Assembly: GCA_013239625.1 (NCBI GenBank) | Contig: MU053652.1 | Location: forward strand, 1,366,001-1,430,000 | Reading direction: 5' to 3' | DNA length: 64,000 nucleotides | Origin: Lama guanicoe | Taxonomy: Eukaryota | In this document: one piece after another, positions 13,001-27,500 of the stretch | Layout: the number at the start of each line of letters is the position of its first letter | Position numbering within the stretch: position 1 is the stretch's first letter | The notes under the pieces: model-generated | Database searches by the model: none | Told to the model about the DNA's origin: nothing | Seen by the model: only the letters and a program-made list of their open reading frames with translations | Position numbers and translations under genes: made by a program

Positions 13001-14229
13001 GCTGCGTGAATGGCTCTGATATACCAAATGTACATGATAAATGTTTTATCTCTGATGCTCATTGATCAATTTCTAAATGATCAAATAGTTTATCTCAGTA
13101 AGACACTAATTCACATTGATCAAATTCTAAATGACCAAGTTGTCTTGGTTTCTGCTGAACACAAATTGTGTTAAAACAACATTACTTGAACATGCTGGCT
13201 TTTCTAATGCAGGAGTTATGTTACCAGCAGTTACAGTGTAACCAGTTATTGTATTATAAAGATGTTTCCGTCATAATGAAAAGTTTACACAAGAAGAAAA
13301 GTATGTGATATTACAGGAAGAACAGGGCTTCGGGCAAGGATTTGGGCTTTTACTAACTAATTAAATTCTGCGTTTGTATTGGGCCTTTTTCCCCCTTTTT
13401 TTAATTTGAAAGGCTGTGAGCAGGAAATATAGCATCTGCAGTGGTGACATTTTATTCCCTGTGGTCCTTTGAGCCAACCAACATCTTGATTATTCAATTA
13501 GAGACTTAGCCATTGAAGAGGCTAAATTTTAGAAAAAGTAAATATACCTATACTCTTTGTGCATATGTTTGGTTACAATTACCTATTTAGAAGGATAAGA
13601 TTGTTGTTTTTGTTTTTTAAACATCCACTCACTTATGTCAATCATCACAGTATTTTGTGTACCCACTAGACTTTGTCCATGTGTTGCTGGGCGAGGGTAT
13701 CAATTCTGAAATTGAAGAACGATGTTTATGAACTTAAGAATATACTTTGTATATGAAGCCACTGGCAAAAACCCATTGGGTTAAAACATAGTTTTGGTTA
13801 TTTAGTACACCCAATTCCTCAGGCAGGTTATTAATTACATCTTTGACTTGTCTGTTCCATCTGTAGAATGTAAATTTTAACTGCCACTCTCTTTAGGGCA
13901 TTCAAGCTGAGAAAATTTAAAAGTTGAAAAAGAAAAAGTTGTCATTGATCCTCATCTAAAACATGGACTTAAGTAGTTATTTTATTCAGTTCTAAGACAA
14001 TGGTTACCACTTTAGGTATGTTCTAGATGGTGTGGCAGCCCCTTCTGTACCTCATTGAGGGATATGTGGAGAGTAGCCTTCTACCTCTCAAGCTAAGAAG
14101 CTGTGTGTGTTATTCTCTTCCTTCCATAACCCCCCCCCCCCAAAGCAACAAGTTAGTTCCAGAGGAAGTGAGACTTGATTTGGAACATACCAATATTTGA
14201 CAGTATTTCTTATGATGAGCAAGTAGAAT

Positions 14230-14776
14230 TGAGACTGGAAGGATAGGGGCAGGGTACAACCATTAAAAGAGGGATGCAGCAATTGAGGATAGAGTATAAA
14301 CTGGTTAGAACCAACTAGACCCAAGATGGCAGATTTGACTTCCTGTAGACCTTGAGCCTCATATATGCTCATTGTAAGACATTAGCATGCTAAATGACAC
14401 ATACATAGGTGCCATGACAGTTCCAAGGCTGACCATAAAAAGCCAAAAAGTGGGTAGTCGCCCAATTCATGGAAATCCTGCCCCTTCCCCAAAGTATTTG
14501 GAATAATCCTCCCACTTGGTCAGCATATAAAATTACCCAGCTCATGAAAACTAAATACACCATACCCTGGGGCTACTCTTGCCTTCTGAGATGGATCACA
14601 TTTTGCCTATGGAATGTGTATCACTCTAAATGAACTTGCTTTCACTTTACTATTATGGCTGGCTCTTGAATTCTTTCCTGCATAAGACCAAGGACCCTCA
14701 CTTGGCAGCCTGTCCCAGGAACTCACCTGAGACCTGGAATGTGACCATCTTCTTGCACCCCCCTCTTCCTGCAGCA
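14230..14776 (+). mobile_element. ERV1 solo LTR, MER41-like (547 bp)
   Basis: TG...CA termini flanked by a 4-bp TSD gaat (14226-14229 and 14777-14780). MER41-type motifs cattagcatgctaaatgacac, gccatgacagtt, aacttgctttcactttact and tgaattctttcctgc. Confidence 0.8.
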
Positions 14777-16214
14777 GAATTGGTTAGATCTCTAAGGAAA
14801 CTTTAGGTGATTAGTGCCTTTTCCCCTCTTTAAGATTGGAACCCTTCTAATCAGATCTGTTTAGTTAATTTCTTTTTATTCTTTTAAGTTGGAGCTCTCT
14901 CCTTGGTCTACACACTTATTCTCTAAGGATAATTGGTCTCAAGGTCAAGAGAGTCACTTGGAAGCTTCCTCATTGCTTCAGTTGAGTATGTGAAGGGACC
15001 TCAAGTGGTGACACAAGCCGCTGAAGCCAGCCTGGACACATGCTGCCCTAAGTCCATGGCCTGGAATTCTCTTCCCTGTCTTAGCTGTGGCAGCCAGGGT
15101 TTGTTTGGGTTGCTCTTCCTTTAATATAATCTGTTTATGTGTTACATGTAAATGATCAAAACCAGTCTTGTTGCAGCCCCTGGGTTTGTAGCCATAAGCA
15201 CCTGAATTCATGATATGTTCCATGTGAGATAACAGATTGTTCTGTTTTCCCCTGCAGGAACATTAGCATTGAACTTTCTTTCTTAATCAATACAATCCAT
15301 TAAGAATTTAGTGTTACTCTACGTGCTTATATGAAATATTAATTGCACACTGTTAGTTAGATAAATGAAGATTCTGCCAAAATGACAGCTTGTTTCTTTC
15401 TTTGTATCATAATATTTTAAATGAGGGCATTTTGAGTTCTAAGGTGCATGGTATTTCAGAATTTCTTTATTGATCCCGGCTTATTTGAGTAACTAACTAA
15501 CTACACATCTTGTAGCTCCCAAAGATGTTTCTAACTGGGATTACTAAGTTTTTCCGTCTTGCTGATTCCAACAAGAGTTTATTTCCTTTTTAATGGATCC
15601 AGTTGGAAATAATTTAAAAAATTTTTCCTTTGATGTTTTAAAAGATGAGAATAAGTTATTTTGCTTTTTGAGTGCCACTCAGCTACAGGTAGAAAGCGGA
15701 GAAGCTTGTAGGGGGGCCAATTAGAGTTAATTACTGTCTGACTGACCTGCCACGTTTTAAAATGTCCAGGAAGACTTTTAGGATATATATTTTTAGTTCT
15801 ATCCTTGTGTCAGATTTACAAAGTTTAACCATCTTAAGCTTTGATCATGGTTAAAGATTATATGAAAGATGTTGTCTATGCATAAAAATGATAGCTCTCA
15901 GGATAGTCTCTGGGAAGTTGTATAGGCTCAACAATGTTGTGTTATCTAATTGTGTTTATCACTTCACGGTTTGGGAAGCCAAATGCTATCAACCCTTGTT
16001 GCTCTCAACCAGATAATTAACTTACAGAAGTATGTGGGTGCCCATTCATTATGCTTGGGGTAAAACCATAGTATTAAAAATTGAAACTAGAACTTTCAGG
16101 ATAATTGCACATGAACATACATTCCCATTGCTCGTTTGAATGTATAATTACCAAATCATCTTTCATGGTGTCAGTCCATCAAAGATTCCTATTTCTGCTC
16201 TTTTCATTTTTGTT

Positions 16215-17045
16215 AAGATGTAAGCAAACAAAATATAAAAATTGATAAATTTAGACCTTATCATGATTAAAAAGTTATGCTCATCTTAAGACACCATTAA
16301 GAAAGATTTTTAAATGGGCAAAAGACTTGAACAGACACTTCAATGGAAGATATAAGAATGGCCAATTAGCACATGAAAAGTGCTAATAACATCATTAGTT
16401 ATCAAGGAATTGCAAATTAAAACCATTGGAATGGTGAAAATCAAAAAGACTGGCAATACTAATTGTCTGAAAGGATGTGAATAAACCAGATTCTTGTGCT
16501 TTGCTGGCTGGGGGTTTGAAAGAGCAGTCACTTTGGAAGAAGTTGACAGTTTATTATAAATTTAAAGATACGTTTACTGTGACCGAGGAATTCCAGTCCT
16601 AGGTATTTACTCAAGAGAAAAGAAAATATACATTCACAAGAAGATTTTACACATATTCATATCAAGGTTATTTATCATAGTGGAAAACTAGAAACAACTC
16701 ATATGACCACCAGTGGGAGAACGGATAGACAGGTTGTGGTATTCAGCAATTAAAAAAGAAAAGCAGACTATTAATTGACTGAACTGCATGGGTGAATCTC
16801 AGAAACATTATGTTAAGCAAAAAGAAGCCCAATACAGAAGAATACCCATCACGTGATTCCATTTATGTGAAGTTCAAAAATAGGAGACAGTCTATTCTGA
16901 CAGAAATCAGAAAGTAATTGATATGGATAGAGAAGGACTTAATTGAAAATGGACACGTGAACTTTCTGAGGTGTTGGGAATATATGTTACTACAATGTGA
17001 ACACCTAAGATCAGTGCATTTTTTAATGTTAGTTACACTTAAAAT
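16215..17045 (+). mobile_element. Old L1M ORF2 3' end plus 3' UTR
   Basis: aaatgggcaaaagacttgaacagacacttca, gcacatgaaaag, tgcaaattaaaacca, ttccagtcctaggtatttac, tgattccatttatgtgaagttcaaaaatagg. Confidence 0.85.
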
Positions 17046-17112
17046 ATCCTAAATTGTTAACTAATTTTAGTTAGGTAAAAAAATGCCCCAAATATTGGGA
17101 GTACCCAGTATC

Positions 17113-17445
17113 TTTTTTTAATTCGTAGTTCTTACTAAGAAATAGTAGTTGATTTACAATGTTAGTTTCGGTTGTACAGCAAAGTGACTCAGTTATACAT
17201 ACACATACATAAATTTTTTCAGATTCTTTTCCGTGATAGCTCATTGCAAGAAATTGAATATCATTTCCTGTGCTATACAGTAGGTCCTTGCTGTTTATCT
17301 GTTTTATTTATACTAGTGTATATCTGTTAATCCCAAACTACTAATCTGTTCCCTCCCCTGGCCCCCTTAACCATAGTTTGTTTTCTGTGTCCATGAGTAT
17401 TTCTGGCTTGTAAATAAAGTTCTCTCTTTTTATTTTTTTCTTTTA
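17113..17445 (-). mobile_element. Truncated artiodactyl-type L1 3' end
   Basis: tagttgatttacaatgttagtttcggttgtacagcaaagtgactcagttatac...cctgtgctatacagtaggtccttg. Confidence 0.85.
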
Positions 17446-19574
17446 ACAGGAATACTCAACTTCTAACTGTAATTTGTCCACGGTAAAATAAGTTCCTTCA
17501 ATTTAATCACAGTCTTAAGAAACTTATGATTTCTAATCCTATCCATAATCATATTTTCTTGTTAGAATTTGAATACCTTATCTCAGAGTCAGGGCTGTTC
17601 ATTCAGTGTGCTTTGATAGCTGTAGATATAGGTGTAAACCTGCCGTTTTTTGTTTATTTTCGTTAGAATAAGTTTTTTCCTCTCTTATTAAATTACATTC
17701 GTCTACTATACTCATCTCCTTGTTAGCCTAGAGTCTTATAGAAAGGCCTGGTTAAGTTTTGAACATAATTTTTGGTAAAGGGGTTCTAAAGGCAGCGTCT
17801 GTACATGAAACATTTATACAGTAACACTGATGCTTTTTAATATAATAATTTTAGGCAGTGATTTGTTCATACTATGTGTTGAGTCCTGGCAAAATGCTTG
17901 AAAACTTGTAAAAGCTTGCATCTTGGCCCTTCCCTACATGTTGAAGTGAAAGCACACATGTTCCCATGTTAAAGTGTCGCCAAGCATCCCCAACTTGCTC
18001 ACATGGCTGCCTTAAGCTCTTTTATGTGCTTTCTCATTCAGTGGCCAACAGTTAAATTGCCATGTTCCTTTTGTGAGTATGTGTGTCTAAATGCTGGTAA
18101 TCAGCCGAGTCCCTTGAAAATTGATAGATGTGCTCATTAAGGGGAGTTCTCGCTCTTGGCTCCGTTCACAAGTCACCTCAGCTACCGTTTTCTGGATGAA
18201 GCTGGCAAGAAATATGTGCAGTGATACATCTGGCTTTATACTCCTTTTCAAGGACTAAAACCTTCTTTTTAAGTATGTTAAACACGCTTTGTGGGGAACT
18301 TACAAGCACAAAGAAGTCAGCTATTTGCCAATTACGGTATTAACACAGAAAAGACTAAGGGCCTTTGTTTAGTGGTGGGATTTTTTTTTTTTAATGTGCT
18401 GCCATTTGCTCTTCACTTTGTTGTCTTGTGCTTCCAAGATTACACAAATACTCATTTATTTGTGAGATGCATCCACCTGTGGAGACTCTGAAGTCCAGCC
18501 GCCTGCCACTGGTACAGATCTCCAAAAGCTGTCTGTGTGAGAGGCACGTTCAGCGTGGCTTATGATTGGGATTTTGAGGGTAGCATACACCTGTCTCTGC
18601 TTTTAGGATGAGAAATGAATTGCCAATTACTGTAGACATGTTCAGACATGACACTTCAGATGGGAGAAGCTTGCTCAGCCTGCTTTATGCTGGGCTCCCA
18701 CTATGAAACCATCAGTTCTGGAAAAGGGGTATGTTGGCAAGGAGGAGAAGAGAGAGGGGATCAGCCCTTGATCCCTCCCTATTTCTCGTGCTTGGGCACA
18801 GCGGTGGCCGGGAGGTCAGTGCCTCTCACCTTCGTTTCCCTAGCAGAGCTCTTGAATAAGATGAAGTGATCAAAGCTGGGTGCCAGTGCATCATCACAGT
18901 CTCATTACTCTGCAAGCTGCACACCCAGATGCTGCTGTTTTCTGCATCAGGCGTCACTGATTTACATTCATAACACCTCCATTACAGCTCATTTGGTACT
19001 AGTCGTAATTAACCAGTTCTTTTCACGATAGTTTCTCCAATATGAGAGATCTTAATGTAAAGAAAATACATTTCTGAGTGTAGAGTGTGTCTTTCAGACA
19101 TCCTGGTTAGTTGGCAATAATCGGGGATCACATGTTTTGTCACTACTTAAACCACTTGTGGTTTTGCTGTGGTTAGTTGGGTGTCGGTTTGGAGGTATTT
19201 TGTCTGAATTTGAGGTACCGTATTTTCGCAGCAGACCAATTTCATCAGCTCCCCTGACCTGGGAGCTCTTCAAAAGAGTGGATTCCAATACAGTGTTTTC
19301 ATTTGGTGGTTTCTTCCCTCAGTGAAGAGCTTGCTGATACATATTTATTTTGAAGGGTAGTAGTGTGACAGCTTTGCTTTGGAGAACTTCATCATCATCA
19401 GTATCTACAGCACAACCATCCATCAAGGGTCCCTTTGATGCTCCATACTCTGGGCACTGGAAATAAAAAAATGTAAATTTGAGTTCCTGTCCTCAGAGTT
19501 CTGATACTTGTTGAAATTATTAGCTCTACTTTTGAGCTGTCAAAACCTGAGACAGGAATTATAACTTTAGCACT

Positions 19575-20010
19575 TGCTCAAGAAAAATTGTTGAGTATCT
19601 CATAGATTCCAGGTGGTTTTTATAAACTGGAAATACAGAGATGAAGAAGGCATGATCCCTGCCTTCAAAATATTTGCAGTGTACATGGGGAGACCGGTTA
19701 ATACAGCAGTGACTTAAGTGTGGAAAATGCTGATACAATGGCACAGACAGGAGGGTGCAGGGATAAGGAGGGGGCTCTGGACTGCAGGAGGGGGTGACTG
19801 TGTAAGCTGGGTCTTCTCACCTTGTGATTTTCCTTAACGTAAGAAGAGAGAGGATGACTTTCCATAAAGAGGGAATCAAATGCTAGAAATGGTTAGAATG
19901 ATTGTGGGGGGAGGTGTACTGGAACATGAGGCTGTAAGGAGGATTGGAGTCAGACTTTGAAGGACTTAAATGCCGTGTTTTGAAAGGCAGATTTAATAGG
20001 ACATGAGACT
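19575..20010 (-). mobile_element. L2 fragment
   Basis: aaattgttgagtatctc...ggcatgatccctgccttcaa...ggggagac resembles an antisense L2 3' end. Confidence 0.6.
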
Positions 20011-20245
20011 TCAACTAAAAGTTCTAACCTACTTGGGACTATTTTTTTTAAATCACCTATCTCTTATACCTGTAATATATCATTAAAATTATGCCTTTAG
20101 AGTTGCTGGTTTTTTCTAGACGTCTTCTAATAAGACATGTCATACAAGTATGATATTACATGTATGTATGTTTGTTATGATAATCACAATTTGCTGTATC
20201 ATAATTACTGTTATATAAACATGTTAGTATGCATTAAAAATAAGC

Positions 20246-20305
20246 ACATTGTATAACATTGTATATCAACTATACTTCAATTTAAAATATATATATAAAA
20301 TAAAA
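20246..20305 (+). mobile_element. Very short L1 3' terminal fragment
   Basis: acattgtatatcaactatacttcaat plus an A-rich tail; same terminus as the L1 ends near 39560 and 39775. Confidence 0.6.
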
Positions 20306-21389
20306 GCCTTGTTAGATAATTCAAAAAACGAGCATGTATTATCTACCATATTTATTGTCTCTTAGCAAAGTTCAGGGCCTTGAGAGAATGAAACATAGGA
20401 AAAGTAGTTTTGGTTGGAAAGGTGGAGAGGAGAGAGTTCAGAAAAGTTTTGCTTTATGGGATGCTATCTCGGGAAATCTTAGGGCACTTTTGCAGAGAAA
20501 GAGACCATGTTATGAAATTATGTTTTTAATGAAATGGTATAATGATGAGCTTAAAAATAAAATATTCTTAGCCATGATCTCTTTGTCCATGGTGTCCTAA
20601 GAATTCACATGATACCAAATTCTGCATATTGTTGCCAATAATGTGTTAGAGGCAAGTTGTATGTGGTTTATTCAGATATGGTCTGTCCAGATACACAGGT
20701 CTTGGTGTATGTCAGTAACTGTGATTATGTGCACCCAGGATATATAAAATTAGCTCATAGATTGCTAGTCCCCTTGAAGATCCTACAGTTATTAAAAGAA
20801 TCTTTTAAGACTTCTTTCTCTTTCCCATTGCATCTGGTGATCACCTTTTGCCTTTTGATATCTGTCCTAGAGGCTTAATATAGTGAAAAGCATGTGAAAT
20901 TAATAAATGCTATTGGTTCTTTAAAAATTATCAATATAGTACCTCCCCCCAACTTTTTTCTTAAATAAGGCAAATATAATTTTTTTCCCCTCTTTGCTTC
21001 TTAGTCAACCACTTAAAAGTAAAGTTTGTGAAGTAGCTTGGTAGTCATCCTTCCAGATTTCTCTCTGTCCATAGGAACATTAATAAACATAGATTTTGTT
21101 TTATTTTTACAAAAAAATGAGATGATACCAGATATATTTCTTTAACTTACATTTATTATGGATATATCTTCCCTGCTCAACATAAGTCTAACGCATTCTT
21201 TTAAATACCTGTGTAGTATTCCATGGCGGTGTTCTACCATGATTTATTGAGCCTGTCCCCTACTGACAGGCCTAGATCGTGTTTCAAAAGATTTTTTTTG
21301 ACCAGTTTTTTTTTTTTTAACAAGGCTGCATTGGGACAAATTTGTACATAAGCCCTTAGGAACTAGTATTTCTGTTTCCATAACGTGGA

Positions 21390-21560
21390 TGGGGTTTGAA
21401 TTGTGACTAGATCTTCTAACTGTGTGGCACTGGGATACTTAACTCCTTAGTTTCTTTTTGCTGTTGGAGGAAATGTATATATAATACCTCGTGGAGTTGT
21501 TACAAAGTGTAGTAAATAAGGTAACTGAAATTCAAGGCATATAGTAGGCGCTTAGCCCTA
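21390..21560 (+). mobile_element. MIR (preceded by an old antisense L1 fragment at about 21060-21385)
   Basis: gggtttgaat...aactgtgtggcactgggatacttaactccttagtttct...ataatacctc...ggcatatagtaggcgctta. Confidence 0.55.
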
Positions 21561-24500
21561 TACAGGGTCAGAACCTGTAGAGATCTCATGGGGTTGGATT
21601 TGACAGGACCCAAGTTACTTAACTTCAGAGGTTTTATTACAGTGAATCTATACCTGGCCTTCTGAGCCTCTCTCTCCTTTCCTTTTTTTTTTTTTTTTAA
21701 AGAAAAAGAAAGCCCATTTTGTGAAAATTTTCAGCTTTTCCTGACTTGTGCAATTTAAAAATATTACATTTTGGCACAACCTTTGCAGTTTTTGCTGCTA
21801 GTTTGTAATTCCCTAGAGGTGAGTTGAGAAGGTTAGTGGTAGAACTTTTTCCATTAACTCTGGGAAAAAACTACAGAGCAAAAAATTGTCCTTTGGCAGA
21901 AATGTCAATCCATGCCTCTTTTGGAACATTTGGAAATTGAAGTGCCAAGAAGCTGATTTAATAGGAGAATTGAAAACCAAAATGTATACACATCTTCACC
22001 TTTTCTAACTGATGACAAGACAAATGAAAACTACACTCTTAGAACTTGATGATGCAAAGAAAATAGGATCGTGGCTCCAGAGAGTGCATTATGGCTGGAT
22101 CTTTAAAGGATTTGAGTGCCAAGCTTTGGGCATGTTCTTCAGAAAGCTGATCCATTCTTATTAATGATACATCTGTTTGTACTTCATTCCATAAAAATTT
22201 TCTTTTTTATGATATAGTGTCTGGGAAGTAGGTTTAAGAAAAAAGGGATGTTTAATGTGGTACAGTTTTTACTATAACAACTACCAAGAAAATGTGCTCA
22301 TTTTCTCTTGTTTGTGGTTCTTGGTCTTCCTGATTTTTAAAGAAAATTTGTTAGAACTTCGCTTAACTTTTCTATCCCGTAATGTCAGTGGAGCTATAAT
22401 GAAATCCTAAATATCCACATGAGCGAAATTTTTATAGGATACAATCTCAATAGGTATCCTTCACGTACTGCAATGGACTTGCCCTAGTTACTGCCCTTCC
22501 TTCTTCATCCTGGCCTTAGTTTTCTACGTCTGAAAAAGGTGATAATCACAGTGATGTTATATAGGAATTAAAGGAGGTCCGGTCATCTTTTTGGTACAGT
22601 CCAAGCAGTCAATAGTTAGCTAATGATTGCAGTCATCAATAGTTCAAGTTTCTGTTGCTTGAATTTTGTGTATGTTTTTAAATTGATGACCTCCTGCTAT
22701 ATAATCCAATATATATGTTTCCCTAGGGGATAATTACTGAACCTATAAAACTGCAATTGAGAATATATCATGCCTAAAATAAAATGTGTTTAAAGACAAC
22801 TGTTTTCTGTCAAATCATTAACCAACAGTTAGCAACACTACTTAAAATAATAATCATATTTTAACAGGCTAGGAAATACATAATTTAGTTAGAACTGCAC
22901 ATGGGAGGCTGTACACAAACAAAATTATTCATAAAGTTGGTTCTGAAGTCACTTGCTTGACATTTGGACTATGATTTTTCCCAGAAAGAAAAATGACACT
23001 TGTAGTTAGCTGTCTATGCTATTCCTCCTAAAGCTGTTGACCCCATACATCTGCAGTTAAGAATAAAAGACTGCAGGTTGGGTGGCTCAGAGTTGGGAAG
23101 AGGCCAAAAGAAAAAAAAAAATAGTGCATTTGCACACACACATGCATGTGTGTGTTTAACCTGTGTTCTGGGTTTTAAAGGCTAACCTAATCACAGGTAC
23201 AACCTTGTTTCTGTGAAAAAACATAGATCCCTGTAGAGGGTGAAAAGGGAACATGCAAGCCTGGAATGAGCAGCTCCCTCCCTATCTCCCAGTCCCTCCA
23301 GTAGTTTCCAAAGTTTTTTCCTTTTTCCTTTTTTTTTTTTTTAAAGCAGTGAATAGAATCTTGTTTTCAAATGAAATCTTAGGTGGAATCCTAACACTTA
23401 CAACTGATAATATGCTATGTTATTAATGTTACTGTAGCTAATAAGCTTATTTACAACCTTTGCTTATTATCAAGAAGACAGTGACACATATAGGGTCTAA
23501 GAGTGATGGCCACAGTCTTCTGTCAGCCTCAGCACCCACAGTTATTTATTTGGTTGCACAGTGTTGTGAGACTCCTGATTTGCAGCGATAAGTAGTGGCA
23601 ACTGGTAAGAGTTGCTTTTTTTTTTTTTTTAAACAGCTTGCCTTGCAATCTCAGGATACTCATCCATCAGTCTGATCCATATGATTAAAAACAAAATAAG
23701 TTTCTGCTTCAAAGCTGAGTAATTGACAGTATCTAATAAATCGTTATTTAGAAGTTGGGACAACCCCCCCAAAACGTACAATATTAAAGCACAATATGAA
23801 AATAACCTTTGACACCTCAGCCTCATCTTTTGCCAACCCTTTCATGGACCCGACAGTTCCCTCCTTAAGGAGGGGGCGTGCCTTCCGCCTCCTGCTTCTG
23901 CTTTGCTCTCGCTGCCTGTTTAACACAGCACTCCTTCACCATTTCCTCCTAGCAGATTATCCGTTTGCCAGGACCGGTCTCACATGTTAGTGTCTCTGAA
24001 GTCTTCCTTGATAATTCCCAGCCCACCCACCCCCTGCAAAAGGAGGACACAGTTGCCTGGTCTGTGTCCAGGTAACTCGAGCCCTTTTTACAGCCTAGCT
24101 TATGGCACAATTGCCTGTGCACCTGTCTCCCTTCTGAAGCGAGAGCCCCTCGCAGCACGGAGTGGTGTCCTGGCCATCCGTACAGCAGCAGACATTTGGA
24201 CCATGCTTTTTCCGTTAATATCAGTATTGTTACTTACTAGGTTGAATTGAAAGTTTATAAAACTCTTTCTTGCTCTTCAGCTTCTACCCTCAGAATGTTT
24301 TTACTCTAGAAGGGACTTTGAATTTACACTAGAGGAAACTGTTGTCTAAAAAGCTAAGTGAGAATTAGACTTTGGGGAGTCTGAAGGGCCCATTGGCCCA
24401 TTACCATGGTTGTCTGTCAAGTCCGGTGTATGAATCTCATTCCCAGTTGGAATGGAACCTTCTTAAGGGCAGAAATTGTGTTTTATTTTGTTTATAGATC

Positions 24501-27500
24501 TCCTCTAGCACCTGGCACATATTCTGCACTCAGTAAATAGAGGCTGAAATAAATTAGTTCAGCAAATTAGGGGACTGTGGCTATGTGACATCTCTGTCTA
24601 GCCTAATGGTATGATTTATCTAGTTGTTGCTGTTAATACAGGGTTGATTTTTGTTGGAAATTAGCTAATTGCCCGAGTTCATCTCTAATATGTGCCTCAG
24701 AGAAGGTGAGCTTTCTTCTTCACAGTATCAGTAAGGTACTTAAGATGATAACAGAATTCAAAATATAATAGAATATTGTGTATTAGACTAAGGTTTGTCA
24801 TTGAGAAGTCCTTCAGTTCAGATTTCTGCATAATACGAATTTTTGTTAGGGAAGGATTATTGATATGTGCAAATTCCTTGACCTTTGTTGTTTCTGAGAA
24901 CTGTTTTTCACTTGTGTTAATGTAGAGATGTTTATGTGTTTTCCAACACCAAAGTACGTCTCATTAAAGTTTTCTACTTGAATTTGGAAATATGACATCT
25001 TCAAGTTAGGTAGCTCCCTACCAAGAAAGCCTGGTTATCTTCTTGCGGAAGCTGACTTACCTGCTTTCCCCATGAGGTCTCTGTTGTCTGCTATACGAGT
25101 CTGCCTTAAACTTGATGTAGGCATTTTCCAAGCAAGGCACTGATGGAACCAAGGCACAGAGGAGAAAACTCCTATATACTTTAAGGCAAGGATAAGAAAG
25201 CCATTTCTTTTTCTGGCTCAATTAAAACTATACTGATCGTCAAGTCCCATTAACCTAGTGGGTCACTACCTTGCATGCATTAGCAGCAGCCCCACTGTCA
25301 TGTGGAGCAGTCTGGCCATATCATGGACACATTTATGAAGATTGATAACAGCTAAGGTTCAGTGTTAACTTTTATTGTCAGGCAGGCTGTACAAGAAACT
25401 GTCTAGTATTGGCTTTTGCTTTGATTTATGAAAAGGTTGCCACATGAAGAAGACATCACATAAAACAGCACTGCTGGCAACAGTATTATTAGATGCAATT
25501 GTAAGTGTAGCAAATAATAACCAACTCTAATTAGTTTCATTATCCTCTCACTGCATTTTGTACTTTTGATGGGGCAGGCCCGCTTAGGGATACAGTATCT
25601 CCCCAAAGGAATGAGTTCTTCACTTGCTTTCTCCTGGGTTAGTGTGTTTCTCCAAAGCTTTCCTCTAAACAGTAGCTAGGAGTGTGATGCTGACTGTCAA
25701 CAGGAGATCATTAAGTAGTCAACTTGATGGCTCCCTTATCCCACAGTGACAGCATCAAGTAATTACCTGTTGGTTTTGTCTCGGGGTACATGTGTGTGCA
25801 CACTCTTCCACACAAACCCCATAGATGGAAGGACTCTGAAATTCTGGCTCTTGAATATCTGCAGTAGCTCCAAGTAGTAGCAGGTGGCTTTTCTGGAAAA
25901 TGGCACCTATAGCTTCTTGCTCAATAGGACTTTTGTCCCCAAGGAGAATAGTCATTGCTTTGCCTCGGTCTTTCGTTTTCAATGCACGTTGGTTTGGTGG
26001 AGTGTCTTTTATGCTGTACAAACTTTCGTTCCCTTTAAAATCTTTGTTTGGTCTCTCTAGTTCCAGTTGCGTCTTAATATGCAAGAAAGGCAGCTGTGTT
26101 TTCCTTTAAGCAAATGTAATTGTAGGGGAAGGCGTCTCTGTTTATCCCATGGACAAATACATCTTGGGTAATGCCAAAAAAAAAAAAAAAGAGGCAGGGA
26201 AGGAAGAAAAAAGCTTGGGACCCCAGAAAAATTATGTAAATCTTTTCAACTCTCTATAAAGCAGAGGAGTGCTGCCCTTTATGTGGTTACCTCCTGCAAC
26301 CAGCATTTTCTTTAGAGCCAGCAGCTGTGGGGAGCTGGTGACAAACACGTGCACCAGACAAACCGCCACCTTTCTTCCAGCTCCCAGGTATAGACAGAGA
26401 TGCCCTGTGTAGCTTTTCTGTTCTGTGTCCATTTTTCAGGCAGCCACGTTTCTAATCATGTTGAGCCTACCTCCATTTTGATGTTCCAAATTATGTTGAG
26501 ACTTTTATGTGCTATTTATGGAATTAAATTCTGGCAAGGTTTGGCCATTCTCTGATCTTCTTTATCCAGAGACATCCTTTGTACAAGTGTGAGAGACTGA
26601 CCTCTTTTAAGTGATAGAATGAAGGAATACAGGCTGAGGCATAGATGAGCGATCCTTGGGAGCAGAAGATGGCCCTGGCCCAAACAGGTTGCATCTAATA
26701 GCTTCTTGTTGCCGGAAGGCTCTGTGCCTGGAATGGCTCGGAGTGATCAGGCAGGCCCCTGTCATAAAGCAGAATGCACAGCAGCAGCTGGGGAGAGTCA
26801 CATTTGGCCCACAACGGCAGATAGAAGACAGTGCCCAGGAAGTCCCGCTCTCTGAGCTAGGGGAGCCAAATTATGAGGGTTGGATGTGAGATGGTGTCAT
26901 TAAGGGCTTTCTGGAGAGAAAAAGCAATTAAATTTGAAGCCAAATGAACGACTGTGTTAATATGTGGGGAAGGTACTCCTGAAATTGCTCATGCAGGCGC
27001 TAGTGACTGTCATGAAACTTTCTTTTAAACACATACTTTTTAAAAGGGTTAATGCTGAATCTGAACCACAAATCACCCTTAAAAACAGGCATAATAAGAC
27101 CAAGACCTAAACATTAATAGGGGCCTGACCTTTTGCGCCCTACTCTTCTTCTCCAAAAAGTAGACTGTTAAACTCCAAAAGTAGACTGGCTTTGTTTGCC
27201 TTTTGGAGGGATGTAGAATGAGTCAGAAAGGTGTATTGTCTGGTCTCTTTCTTTCAGAAGCCTTGGATTTTGCACGGCAAAGTGCTTGCTGGAAGAAAGC
27301 CAGGCATCTTGTGAATTTCAACATCACAAAATACTAAGCCTTAACTTTAGGACCACAGGGAAGTGCAAAACCCAGAGGCCAAGGCTAAGGCACGGGGAAA
27401 GGGAAGGCAAAGGAATCTGGAGTGCCATGATTGATTAGTGATGTCTGCCATTAGCAGGAACTTGAGAGAGTTGGCATTTTTCCTTTGATTTGCTACCCCT

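Noticed and set aside
15237..15257. Strong-looking cryptic acceptor ttgttctgttttcccctgcag
   Set aside because: No convincing paired donor or coding frame; such motifs are common in long introns.
27151..27188. Short tandem duplication ctccaaaa(a)gtagactg
   Set aside because: Only two units; ordinary slippage duplication.
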